Shown one piece after another: positions 17,275 through 26,846 of a stretch of DNA of 64,000 nt. Each line of letters opens with the position of its first letter. The stretch's first letter is position 1. Both the position numbers and the translations under genes were made by a program. The stretch is from a virus. The notes beneath the pieces were generated by a model that did not search any database, was not told the DNA's origin, and saw only the letters and a program-made list of their open reading frames with translations. The stretch lies in IMG/VR virus record IMGVR_UViG_3300037234_000438, positions 1 to 64,000 of that record; one strand, 5' to 3'.

Positions 17275-17633
17275 AGATATGGAGACTGAATGACGTCGAA
17301 GCAGGTATGGTTCTGGTATGTCTACATATTGACCATAATGATGACAATCATAGACAAGCCTGAAGAATGGGTGAAAATACTCTGTGCGGCTATCATGTTT
17401 CCCATCATCATTTACGGAGGATTTTTTTTGTTGGGATTTGTGCTTGGCTGGACTGATAATTAAAGGAGGAAAGATGAAAGATTTTATGCTTTACTTCGTA
17501 ACTGCCATACTGATCTTCTCTTCAGTGGTTCCGTTTATTTTGTTTGTATTTCTCTGGATAGAGCGCGATTTTGATTATGCGTGGAATCGATTTGAGCAGT
17601 TGGTTGATGAGGTTATATCTTAATAGGAGTATT

Positions 17634-18614
17634 ATGGAAAGAGACAGAAAACAAATTGATGCGACAACGCTTACGCTGGTTGCGCTGAATGAGATTGGGA
17701 AGAAGCTCAATGTGATCGACGAGAAAGTGACGGTAGCGAAAGCTACGCTACCGGTAAGCGATGCGTTGATTCTATTTCGAAAGAAGATTGACAAATCCCA
17801 TAAATGCCCAAGGAATCTATATCCCCTGCTAGACAAGTTGCGAGAATCGTTTTCTGATCGAGACTGCGTAACGCTTACGAGCTATGACCTGGAGGGCTTT
17901 ATTGATGAGAACTGGGCAGGCTCAGCTAAGAGTACGATAAATGCGAGACTTGCCCAGCTTAGCCTATTCTTTAATTTTTGTATCAAGGAGACCAGAAAGA
18001 GAGGGTTTGAGCCTTGGCATAATCCGGTGGAACTCATCGATAGACAGAAGAGAGTACCGTTAAAGGAGAATAAATATCTTCCCCCTGAAAAAATACGAGC
18101 ACTTCTTTATCAGTGTGACTCGGATAAAGACTGGCTGATAGTAAGCACTTTACTGTGTGGGCTGCGGAGTGGCGAGCTTCTTAAATTGAGACCAATGGAC
18201 ATATCTGGAAGAAGCCTCCGACTAATAGAACCTAAGAGCGGCAAGCGAGAAGAATTTTCTGTGGCACCAGCGCTCGTGATTAGCGAGTTCCAACTCTACA
18301 TAAATAAACATAAAATAGGTTCAAATGAAAAAATATTTGGCTGCATGTATGGAACCTCGGTAAATAAACTCGCCAGAAGAAAATCGAAGGCGATAGGTGA
18401 AGATCTAACAGCTCATAGCCTAAGAAAAATAGGATGCACGGTTTATGATAGGGCGGGAGATCATGCAATGCGTCGTTTCGTTCTTAGGCATGGCAGCGTT
18501 AAGGGGCACCTTACGTCGCTGGAGTCCAGATACGTCTCTCCTTATACTATCGATGAGGCCTGTGTTGCACAGGATAAAATTATGGTTCCGTCGTGGTTTG
18601 AGGAGGCCGACTGA
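17634..18614 (+). CDS. tyrosine recombinase/integrase
   Basis: catalytic-like residues GLRSGEL (R), HSLR (HxxR), LRHG (H) and SRY (Y); ATG 17634 after AGGAG. Confidence 0.85.
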   Translation: MERDRKQIDATTLTLVALNEIGKKLNVIDEKVTVAKATLPVSDALILFRKKIDKSHKCPRNLYPLLDKLRESFSDRDCVTLTSYDLEGFIDENWAGSAKSTINARLAQLSLFFNFCIKETRKRGFEPWHNPVELIDRQKRVPLKENKYLPPEKIRALLYQCDSDKDWLIVSTLLCGLRSGELLKLRPMDISGRSLRLIEPKSGKREEFSVAPALVISEFQLYINKHKIGSNEKIFGCMYGTSVNKLARRKSKAIGEDLTAHSLRKIGCTVYDRAGDHAMRRFVLRHGSVKGHLTSLESRYVSPYTIDEACVAQDKIMVPSWFEEAD

Positions 18615-19036
18615 TGAACTTCGAAACATTCAGTCCCTTCGACGTTATCGTTTGTCCTTGGTGCGCAGGAACCAAGTTCGACGTGACAGACCTCTCCGGA
18701 TATAATTCGGCGGTGTGTATGAAGTGTAAAGCTGGCTTCCTGGCTTCCTTCCGTGAGCCGTCGCGGAGTTCCACGCTTAGTGGGCAGCAGGTTAAGTTTG
18801 TTGAGATTATTTGTGGGAGGCAATATTCGCATCTGGACGACGTTTCACGATGGATGTGGAGAATATGCATTGACGCAAGAGACCATTACCGCCAAGCACC
18901 AGAGTGGAAGTCCAACCCAAACACATCTCGAGACAGCACCTTTCTGAGGGGACGCAGGAACTCAATCGAAAGGATAAGCGCTACGATAGACGAGCGATTA
19001 ACGGCATACGAAGTAGCGGAAGCACTTGAGGGATAA
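18614..19036 (+). CDS. Zn-finger hypothetical protein
   Basis: CPWC...CMKC; stop/start overlap with the recombinase. Confidence 0.55.
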   Translation: MNFETFSPFDVIVCPWCAGTKFDVTDLSGYNSAVCMKCKAGFLASFREPSRSSTLSGQQVKFVEIICGRQYSHLDDVSRWMWRICIDARDHYRQAPEWKSNPNTSRDSTFLRGRRNSIERISATIDERLTAYEVAEALEG

Positions 19037-19066
19037 AACAATTAAAGTTAAACCAGGGAGGAAGTT

Positions 19067-19927
19067 ATGTCAGGAAAAGAAGCGGTGGATGTATTTTCGA
19101 AGGGATGTTTAATTAATCTCAGATCGAGCGTGTGGGGAGGGAAGATCAAGATCCCATCGGATTTGGTGAGTAGGGATAGTGGGGCAGACCCCTCTTTCAT
19201 TGCCGCACATAAATTTTTAGTTGAGAAATCTAGCCTTAAAGCCATTGAGCATGCGAGAGGAATGGCTAGATCGTGGCTTGTAACGAAATCGATACCCTTC
19301 CCAGTCAAAGGACTGATTTTTGTCCCGCGCGACATGATTAGCAGGGTTGATAATACCCTTCAGGATTACCAAAGTCGCTTCTATGAAATGACCAACGAAT
19401 TCATAGAGAGATATGACGAGCTCAAAGAGAGTGCCAAAGAAAACTTGGGCGATCTCTACAACCCTGACGATTACCCTTCCGATATAGCCAACAAATTTGA
19501 GTTTGCGTGGGATTTCTTCATCCTTGATGCGCCGAATCATCTTATCACTATCAGCCCTGCGCTGTATGAAAGAGAGGTACATAAGTTTAAGAGCAATATG
19601 GCAGGCTTTGAGGTCTTGGCCAGAAAGACACAGAGGGAAGCACTTAAAACAATGGTCAGCAATATCGTAGAGAGACTCAGCGGTGAGAATGAAAAGGGTA
19701 AGTTTAAAGTTTTCCGAGACACTCTCTTAAGTAATATTCGTGAATTTGTTTATGATTTTCCCTCAATGAACATCACAGGCGATCTCGACTTAGAGGTGCA
19801 AGCCGTTGAAGTTGGGAGAATTCTAGGGGACACGACACCTGCCGAACTAAGAACTGATGAGTCGGTGCGTGACAATATACTTACAAGCATGGAGCTTATC
19901 ACTCTCGACCTTAATACTTTAAAATAA
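19067..19927 (+). CDS. DUF3150-like protein
   Basis: LINLRSSVWGG...LGDLYNPDDYP...FEFAW pattern; a family I recall co-occurring with phage AAA/vWA modules. Confidence 0.55.
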   Translation: MSGKEAVDVFSKGCLINLRSSVWGGKIKIPSDLVSRDSGADPSFIAAHKFLVEKSSLKAIEHARGMARSWLVTKSIPFPVKGLIFVPRDMISRVDNTLQDYQSRFYEMTNEFIERYDELKESAKENLGDLYNPDDYPSDIANKFEFAWDFFILDAPNHLITISPALYEREVHKFKSNMAGFEVLARKTQREALKTMVSNIVERLSGENEKGKFKVFRDTLLSNIREFVYDFPSMNITGDLDLEVQAVEVGRILGDTTPAELRTDESVRDNILTSMELITLDLNTLK

Positions 19928-19967
19928 TTTAGGCAATGCTGAAACATTAAACTACAGGAGGTTTAAA

Positions 19968-21992
19968 ATGTCAGACTTTATTAGATTCAAAACGGCTATA
20001 CGGGAACGATTCGAGTTAATGGCTAAAGGGGAGTTATTTGTTGTTGGTGTAGACAAAGATCTCTTATGGAAAACTTACCTCGAGAGCTTCCCCGATGGCA
20101 CAAATCCCATCTTCAGAGAGAGGTCGGAATACGATTGCCAGTGCTGCAAGCAATTCATTCGTGCTGCCGGCAATGTCGTCTCCATCGTCGATAACAAGCT
20201 GGTCTCAATATGGGACATAGACGTTGGAGGGCATTATCAGGTTGTGGCTGACGCTCTCTCGTCCTTAGTGAAGTCACGAACTGTCGTTGATTCGTTTTTC
20301 CACAGAGAAAAGCATCTTGGCACTGACTTCAATCATCAGTTGCTAGACAACAGTAAATCGCCGATGAGGTGGGACCACTTTCATTTTATGTTGCCGCCCA
20401 AGTTTATTAATAGTGATGCCGGTACTTCACTCTCGGCAATTAGAAGCAACAAGGAGGTGTTTAAGCGAAGCCTTGACGAGATCTCGATTGAGGCTGCCGA
20501 CACTGTTCTTGAATTAATAGAACAGCAATCGATATACAGAGGGGAGGAGCACAAGGGGCTCGTTGAGCTGTTCATTAAGTACAAAAAAGAATATGACGAT
20601 CTACCAAAAGACCAGCTGGACAATTATTGCTGGGCACAGTCTAAATTAATTGGCCCGGCGGCCAAAATAAAGAACACGGTGATAGGTTCGTTGCTTGCCG
20701 ACATTTCGGAAGGAATGGAACTAGATAAAGCTGTTAAAAGCTTCGAGGTAAAAGTGGCTCCCACTAATTACAAACGTCCCACCGCCTTAATAACAAAAAG
20801 CATGGTTGCCAATGCCCAAAAGAAAGTCGTGGAACTAGGCATCGCTGACTCGCTTCAGAGGCGCTTTGCCGTTACTGATGACATTACGGTCAACAATGTT
20901 CTCTTCGCTGACAGATCGGTAAAGAAGGCGATAAGCGCCTTTGAGAATGTCTTTGATGAGATGGCAGATGAGATGCCAGACAACATTGGCAAGCTTAAAA
21001 AGGTTGATGCGGTTGGGATAGATATCTTCATCAAAGACATTCTCCCTAAAGCGGAGAGCATTGAGCTTATGTTTGAAAACAGACATTCTGGCAATTTGAT
21101 GAGCCTCATAGCTCCTATCGCCCCAGGCGCCAAACATATCTTTAAATGGCCTAACAATTATTCATGGGCTTACAACGGTGAAGTTGCCGATTCCATGAAG
21201 CAGCGTGTTAAGAGTGCCGGCGGTAAAGTTGATGGCGTTTTACGTTTTTCTATACAGTGGAACGACGGTGACAATAATCAAAATGATTTTGATGCCCACT
21301 GCATCGAACCCAACAAAAACTTAATACACTATCCCAAACAAGGACAGGTTCAGTCTTCATCTGGAGTGCTTGATGTGGACATTGTGGAGCCGGGCAACAA
21401 GGTCGCAGTCGAGAATATCACATGGTCGAGTTTGAGCAAGATGCTAGAAGGCGAGTATAAGTTTCTTGTCCACAACTACTCTCATAACGGGGGAATGACC
21501 GGTTTCTCGGCAGAGATAGAGTATGATGGCGTGATTCATTCTTATTCCTACAATAAGGGGTTGCGGAATAACGAAAAGGTTGAAGTCGCCAGTATTAAAT
21601 TCAACAAGGAAACAGGGATTGAATTTATAAAATCTCTTCCTTCGAATCAATCTACTAAGACGGTGTGGGGCATTTCAACCCAAAAATTCCAGAAGGTCTC
21701 CATGATCATGACTTCGCCGAACCACTGGGACGGACGGGCAGTTGGAAATAAGCATCTATTCTTTATTTTGGAAGGATGCAAGAACGACAAGAGGGCGAGA
21801 GGGTTCTTTAATGAGTTTCTAAACGAAGACTTAAGGGAGCACAGAAAGGTGTTCGAAGTTCTGGGATCTAAGTTGAAAGCCGAAGAATCTGACGATCAGT
21901 TAAGCGGCTTAGGGTTCTCATCAACTCAGAAGAATAGTGTTTATTGTAAAGTGACGGGTGCATTCACCAGAACGTTAAAAATTAATTTCTAG
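19968..21992 (+). CDS. conserved phage hypothetical protein (674 aa)
   Basis: YDCQCCKQF N-terminal motif; LDVDI...AVENITW segment resembling YfaP/DUF2135. Confidence 0.7.
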   Translation: MSDFIRFKTAIRERFELMAKGELFVVGVDKDLLWKTYLESFPDGTNPIFRERSEYDCQCCKQFIRAAGNVVSIVDNKLVSIWDIDVGGHYQVVADALSSLVKSRTVVDSFFHREKHLGTDFNHQLLDNSKSPMRWDHFHFMLPPKFINSDAGTSLSAIRSNKEVFKRSLDEISIEAADTVLELIEQQSIYRGEEHKGLVELFIKYKKEYDDLPKDQLDNYCWAQSKLIGPAAKIKNTVIGSLLADISEGMELDKAVKSFEVKVAPTNYKRPTALITKSMVANAQKKVVELGIADSLQRRFAVTDDITVNNVLFADRSVKKAISAFENVFDEMADEMPDNIGKLKKVDAVGIDIFIKDILPKAESIELMFENRHSGNLMSLIAPIAPGAKHIFKWPNNYSWAYNGEVADSMKQRVKSAGGKVDGVLRFSIQWNDGDNNQNDFDAHCIEPNKNLIHYPKQGQVQSSSGVLDVDIVEPGNKVAVENITWSSLSKMLEGEYKFLVHNYSHNGGMTGFSAEIEYDGVIHSYSYNKGLRNNEKVEVASIKFNKETGIEFIKSLPSNQSTKTVWGISTQKFQKVSMIMTSPNHWDGRAVGNKHLFFILEGCKNDKRARGFFNEFLNEDLREHRKVFEVLGSKLKAEESDDQLSGLGFSSTQKNSVYCKVTGAFTRTLKINF

Positions 21993-22001
21993 GAGGGAAA
22001 A

Positions 22002-22373
22002 ATGTTTGAAAGAGCAATTAGGTTAAAATTAAGGTTCAAGACCACCAGTGGCCAGCTATCAATTGAGGACTTGTGGGACTTGCCTTTGGCATTTCTTAAC
22101 GAGTTAGCAAAGGCCTTAAGCCGGGAGGTAAAAGAGAGCGCAGAGGAAAGTTTTATTGCTAAGAAAAGCAATACCAACGCGATTTCAGAGCTGAGGTTTG
22201 AACTGGTCAAGCATGTTATTAAGGTTAAACTCGAGGAGGCTGAGACTAAAGAGAAGGCTGTGGAGAACAAAGCTAAGAAGGAGCATATTTTGAGCCTTAT
22301 TGCTGAGAAGCAAGGCGAAGACCTGAAGAGTAAGAGCATTGACGAGCTTACGAAGTTGATGGAAGATCTGTAG
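22002..22373 (+). CDS. conserved phage coiled-coil protein
   Basis: KLRFKTTSGQLSIEDLWDLPL motif; AGGAGG RBS. Confidence 0.7.
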   Translation: MFERAIRLKLRFKTTSGQLSIEDLWDLPLAFLNELAKALSREVKESAEESFIAKKSNTNAISELRFELVKHVIKVKLEEAETKEKAVENKAKKEHILSLIAEKQGEDLKSKSIDELTKLMEDL

Positions 22374-22387
22374 TTCGGCAAATCTTT

Positions 22388-22420
22388 AAGTTGCCCTTGA
22401 AACTCAAGGGCAACTTTTTA
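22388..22420 (+). terminator. Rho-independent terminator
   Basis: AAGTTGCCCTTGA-AAC-TCAAGGGCAACTT perfect hairpin plus T run. Confidence 0.8.
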
Positions 22421-22444
22421 AATATAAGCTGACGGGAGGACGAC

Positions 22445-22639
22445 ATGTATTTAATCTGGAGTTTCGAGCACGATTCTTGGTGGAAGCCATGCCGCCATGG
22501 ATATACAGAGGACGTCATGCAGGCTGGTCTCTATTCCAAAGAGGACGCTGAGCAGATATGCGAGCATGCTAATTCTTATGAAGAAATCAATGAAGAGATG
22601 AGGCCGGCTAAAGACTACGGGAGGGTTGGTGAGGTATGA
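22445..22639 (+). CDS. hypothetical phage protein
   Basis: YLIWSFEHDSWW...GYT...AGLYS motif; GGAGG RBS. Confidence 0.6.
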   Translation: MYLIWSFEHDSWWKPCRHGYTEDVMQAGLYSKEDAEQICEHANSYEEINEEMRPAKDYGRVGEV

Positions 22640-22805
22640 AGAATTACATAGGGCACGTCCAGTTCTTCGCCGTTGAAGTTGAGGTAAAGGCAAAGAACAA
22701 GGCTGACGCGAGAAAGAAAATCAAGGCGAAGATGGCCAAGAAAAAAGCGTCTCTACTTATGGACAAGCGCAACTGCTTTATTGATGAAATATGAAGGCCT
22801 AAGCA

Positions 22806-23195
22806 ATGGTTATGTCGGTATATTGCTGTGGCTGTGAGAAGAAAGTGGATGTCAGGCTCACTAATGGCACAGAAACATATCCACACCGACCAGACCTAAG
22901 AAGTCTTCCTTTTTGGAAATGCGATAGCTGTGGCAATCATGTTGGCTGCCATCACAAGACGGCTAACAGCACTAACCCTCTAGGTTGTATTCCTACACCT
23001 GAAATCAAAGAGGCCAGGCAATACATACACTTAATACTTGATCCAATCTGGAAGAGCGGGAAGATGGAAAGAAAAGTACTTTATGCTAAGATCAGCGAAA
23101 AGATTGGGTGGAAATATCATACTGCCAAGATACGCAGCATCGAGGAAGCCAGGGCGGTCTATAAGATAATACGAGGATTGTGGTACAATCGGTAA
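22806..23195 (+). CDS. DUF3268-like zinc-finger protein
   Basis: CCGC...WKCDSCGNHVGCH...PLG...ARQYIHLILDPIWKSG. Confidence 0.7.
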   Translation: MVMSVYCCGCEKKVDVRLTNGTETYPHRPDLRSLPFWKCDSCGNHVGCHHKTANSTNPLGCIPTPEIKEARQYIHLILDPIWKSGKMERKVLYAKISEKIGWKYHTAKIRSIEEARAVYKIIRGLWYNR

Positions 23196-23475
23196 ACGCC
23201 ACTGCCTCCACCCAAGGCAGCGGTCATGTCGCAAAAGTAGCTCAGAATCAATATGTGGGACAATGGGAGGTGAAATCATGCAACACCATAAAGAGTTTTA
23301 TCCGCACATTAAGCGATTATTCTATACTGAGGGGTGTGGTCGCTGCGGAAAGAATCAAGAAATCATCAAGAAGGGCGAGGAACCATACGATATCGCAATG
23401 TTTGCTGTCCATGAATTGCAAGAAAATGGCTGGCAGATTATTGACGGGGAGCTGATTTGTTCTGCGTGCGTAAAT

Positions 23476-23557
23476 TAACAGTTGTGATAACCAGCGGCAG
23501 GAAACGATGGCTAAAAACAGAGCAGACTATTAGCCGTCTGCGTTAATTATTGGGTTA
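23476..23557 (+). repeat. attC-like imperfect palindrome
   Basis: TAAC (stop of upstream ORF)-N8-TAACCAGCGGC ... GCCG(T)CTG(C)GTTA-N8-GTTA. Confidence 0.5.
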
Positions 23558-23768
23558 TATGGAGGATGCTGTGTCTCAATATCAAGTATTTGCGGATTAT
23601 GAGGTAATTAAAGAAGGGGTCGTTGTTAAGTGGGGGAATCATGATTTTGGGATAGAGTGTGAACCTGGAGAACAATTATTAAAAGCTATAGGGCACATAA
23701 GAAAGACCACATGTGAAGCACTAAAGTGCAAGAGGAAAGCAATTAGAATTAAATTTATAACGGTCATA

Positions 23769-23842
23769 TAACAGATCATCGGAAGGCGCAACACGATGAC
23801 TAGAACAGGCCAGCTATTGCCTTTCCGGTGCATTGCGTGGTT
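23769..23842 (+). repeat. attC-like imperfect palindrome
   Basis: TAAC at stop codon; CATCGGAAGG(C)GCAA / TTGCCTTTCCGGTG arms; ends in GTT. Confidence 0.45.
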
Positions 23843-23880
23843 CTAAGGCGTGATTATTAAAGAGAAAAGGGGGAAAGCAA

Positions 23881-24063
23881 ATGGATGCAATTAGATTAAT
23901 AGAAGTGTCAAATGGTGACAGCATATTAGAAATTGACTTGCCAGGAGGGGGAGGGTCAGATATCACCCTTGAAGATGGTGACAGTGACGAAATAATAATT
24001 GAAAAATTGGAGACATTGGTGCGGTGTTTAAGGCCAAATCTTTACAAACAAGAAAAGCCTTAG
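23881..24063 (+). CDS. hypothetical protein
   Basis: 60-aa ORF following the palindrome. Confidence 0.45.
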   Translation: MDAIRLIEVSNGDSILEIDLPGGGGSDITLEDGDSDEIIIEKLETLVRCLRPNLYKQEKP

Positions 24064-24234
24064 AACCAAGGATTATACGGACTCTGATTCCGTGTAGCAA
24101 TATTATTGAAATAGAGGTGAAACCTTACAGGCCATAGTTAGAAAGGTTTAAACAATCAATTCAAATTACGGACATGAGGAAAAAAGGGGGGGGTGATGCT
24201 TATGGAATAGCCAGATGATTAAGAGATAAATGGT

Positions 24235-24268
24235 GGGCGGAGAGGGCTTGCCACATCCCTCTCCGCCC
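24235..24268. terminator. hairpin between convergent early and late operons
   Basis: GGGCGGAGAGGG-N10-CCCTCTCCGCCC 12-bp perfect stem. Confidence 0.65.
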
Positions 24269-24275
24269 GATTAAG

Positions 24276-24785
24276 TTAAAACCCTTGAATCTTCTCATCG
24301 ATCTCCATAATCAATAAAAGACCTTCCTGCCACGACTCAACGGCAAGGTCCAATCTGTCAGTGTTCAAGTAGCCTTCCGTTTTTAAAACAATAATCTCAA
24401 TCGTCTCCACTTCGTCTTGGTAAGAAGAAGATAGTCTTCCCGTATTAATAAAATGCTTAGCGGCCCTTACGAGAAGTTTCCCGTCTTTTATTTTTTCTTT
24501 GTATACCTCGATCTTGGCTTCCCTGATTGTTTGTTTCTTTTCAACTTCCGTCATTCCCGACAAATCTTTGATGACTACCGGTTGGGCGCAGCCCGCGATG
24601 ATGGCGATAAGAATCAGCGGGATCACCTTCTTTCCTTTCGAGATAATCTGCTTCAACATCCTGACAATAAGTCCGAGAACTGTGTTATTTTTAAATCGAT
24701 CAATACCCCCAAGGCCTTCCGATGCTGCCAGCGCTATAGCCAGCGCTATCGATATCAATTCTGCTGTTTCCATGTCGCCCTCCAT
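24276..24785 (-). CDS. lysis-associated membrane/lipoprotein (holin- or spanin-like)
   Basis: N-terminal hydrophobic segment plus internal lipobox LILIAIIAGC; directly downstream of the lysozyme. Confidence 0.5.
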   Translation of the reverse strand: MEGDMETAELISIALAIALAASEGLGGIDRFKNNTVLGLIVRMLKQIISKGKKVIPLILIAIIAGCAQPVVIKDLSGMTEVEKKQTIREAKIEVYKEKIKDGKLLVRAAKHFINTGRLSSSYQDEVETIEIIVLKTEGYLNTDRLDLAVESWQEGLLLIMEIDEKIQGF

Positions 24786-24795
24786 TAAAGTTTAT

Positions 24796-25221
24796 CTATT
24801 CTGGTGCCCCAGTTCGCATCTGTTCTGCCAATTCATCCGCTCTCGACTTCACTTGTCTCGCCCACCGGGAATCAAGCATCTCTTTTGCTGCAGCATCAAA
24901 ATCACCGGCTTCAATGGCCGCCCACATTTTCTTGAAGCTCCTCAGTCGAGAGATCCCCATGTTAAAGCACATATTAACCAGCACTTCGTAGCGAATGAGG
25001 CTTACCCTTAAGGCCATAGGGAAAAAAGTTTCGAGGTCGGCCTGCGCTCGCTCGATGTCATTTAATAGCATTAAGGTGGCCTCTCTTTCTGAGATACCAC
25101 CGCCAAGATCGGGATCGATTAATCTGCCGAAGCCTATGGTTAGATATCCGAGAGAGTCTTTGTAGGCGTGTGGCGTCATGCCTTCATGTCGTTTTATTTG
25201 TTCTATTAAATTATGGCTCAC
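24796..25221 (-). CDS. endolysin, GH24 phage lysozyme
   Basis: IKRHEG...AYKDSLGYLTIGFGR catalytic E-D-T pattern; NMCFNMG; EMLDSRWARQV. Confidence 0.93.
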   Translation of the reverse strand: MSHNLIEQIKRHEGMTPHAYKDSLGYLTIGFGRLIDPDLGGGISEREATLMLLNDIERAQADLETFFPMALRVSLIRYEVLVNMCFNMGISRLRSFKKMWAAIEAGDFDAAAKEMLDSRWARQVKSRADELAEQMRTGAPE

Positions 25222-25834
25222 AATAGGTCTCCTTATTTATAATTCGCCTTATCACATAACAGCCAACTGCGTATTTATTAGCCAGAAAGAGAATTGACGA
25301 GCCATGCTCTTCTTTTTCTCGCCTTATATTTATGGCATCTTGGTAGCTTAGCTTTCTTTTTAACTTATTGTTTTCAATACACACTTTCCTGGAAGTATCT
25401 CTTGTTTTTTGAGACACTTTGGTAATGCCAATGCGATATCCATGCTTTTTATTTTCCGAGCCAGTTACCCACTCAAGGTTTGCCACGTAATTGTTGCCAG
25501 TATTGCCATCCTTGTGGTTAACTTGAGGCTTGTTTGTGGGGTTGGGAATAAATGCAGTTGCGACCAATCGATGAACTGACTTGCTCTCAGATCCGCTTTT
25601 CCTTAAGACTACAGCTAAATATTTCCTATTCCTACCTCTACCGCTAGGCTTTAAAAATAAGCCATTTCTGTTTATATTTGACTTGGATGGATAACTCCAA
25701 ATCCTGCCAAAATTTGTGACACAATATAAATTTTCATACCCTGGGATATCCTTAACAATTTCTCCTTCGCGTAAGTCCAATAGCTCCTCCTTAACGTTTG
25801 CTCCAATAGTAGCGCATTTTACTGCCGGAGTCAA
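25211..25834 (-). CDS. NUMOD4-HNH homing endonuclease
   Basis: KDIPGYENLYCVTNFGRI (NUMOD4); VHRLVATAFIPNP...VNHKDGN...NLEWVT..EN (HNH_3). Confidence 0.9.
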   Translation of the reverse strand: MTPAVKCATIGANVKEELLDLREGEIVKDIPGYENLYCVTNFGRIWSYPSKSNINRNGLFLKPSGRGRNRKYLAVVLRKSGSESKSVHRLVATAFIPNPTNKPQVNHKDGNTGNNYVANLEWVTGSENKKHGYRIGITKVSQKTRDTSRKVCIENNKLKRKLSYQDAINIRREKEEHGSSILFLANKYAVGCYVIRRIINKETYCEP

Positions 25835-25866
25835 TGCAACTAAGGATTTAGCGTTGTCCCCTCCCG

Positions 25867-26157
25867 TCAGTCCCTACTCTTTACTCTTCTATTAACGAAA
25901 TCATCCATTCGCTCGTGAACCCCTTTAATGTCGCCCCTTGTCTCCCTGAAGCCATCTTCTATAGCTTTTCTCATGTCGCTTATCGCTTGTTCCTGCTTGT
26001 CTTGATCGCGATAATACTCTTTCGTTGGCACGCATGACTCCTTGATCTTGTTTATTCGCTTATGAATATTTAGCGTATTTTTGACGTAGGCAAACAACAC
26101 TGTTAGGCCTGCCCCTCCCATAACAAAATCTATTAGGTCCTGACCCTTTTCAGGCAT
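25867..26157 (-). CDS. putative holin-like membrane protein
   Basis: single N-terminal TM segment plus coiled coil, upstream of the lysozyme. Confidence 0.45.
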   Translation of the reverse strand: MPEKGQDLIDFVMGGAGLTVLFAYVKNTLNIHKRINKIKESCVPTKEYYRDQDKQEQAISDMRKAIEDGFRETRGDIKGVHERMDDFVNRRVKSRD

Positions 26158-26173
26158 AGCACTCTCCGGTTGT

Positions 26174-26569
26174 TTATGTTGTTTTTTGCAGGTTTCTAAT
26201 CGTCATGTCAATAATGTATTTCCCGTTTTTTGCTCCGGAGTTATATGTCCATTCGAAGACAGCACGATGGTCTTCAGTGCTGAGATTGCTGTTCTCTATC
26301 ACTGTGTCCTCAGGTTGAACGCTCCATGTCACAAGACCGTCTTCATCAACGGTAACATTGTTGTCGTTTTTAACATCCTGTCCTTCACGGCTATTGATAA
26401 TTGGGTAGGCGTCTCCACTGATGGAGAAGAGCGTCAACGTTAAAGTGGTAAGACTTGAAGCTGGAACAGCTACATCATCCTCATCTTTTAATGTAGCCGT
26501 TATCTTAGAAGTGGTCTCCTCGTAGATTATGTCGTCTAGTACTATTCTGTTCTCGGCCATTGGTAACAC
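26174..26569 (-). CDS. virion accessory protein (BppU N-terminal-like)
   Basis: beta-rich; DGLVTWSVQPEDT...RAVFEWTY pattern. Confidence 0.45.
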   Translation of the reverse strand: MLPMAENRIVLDDIIYEETTSKITATLKDEDDVAVPASSLTTLTLTLFSISGDAYPIINSREGQDVKNDNNVTVDEDGLVTWSVQPEDTVIENSNLSTEDHRAVFEWTYNSGAKNGKYIIDMTIRNLQKTT

Positions 26570-26612
26570 CTATAAATTAAGTCGTTAATGGTGGGTTCGT
26601 GTCAATGAACTC

Positions 26613-26846
26613 TTATATCTCTGAGTTGCTTTCTGTGTCCGTTAGCTTGGGGATTAACAAGGCCACCCCTGACAGTTTTGCCTGCGATATAGTCATGCCA
26701 GCAAGTGTAGACTGAACAATCTGCACGTTTGTCATTTTTACCCCAAAGATATCCGATACGAGACCGTAGTCTGGCCAATAATCTTCTGCCCAATAAGAAT
26801 CGGTCCAATAAGTTGTCGGCCAGTATCCTGGAGCTAAAAGACTCAT
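26613..26846 (-). CDS. hypothetical protein with YW repeats
   Basis: GYWPTTYWTDSYWAEDYWPDY pentapeptide repeat. Confidence 0.55.
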   Translation of the reverse strand: MSLLAPGYWPTTYWTDSYWAEDYWPDYGLVSDIFGVKMTNVQIVQSTLAGMTISQAKLSGVALLIPKLTDTESNSEI

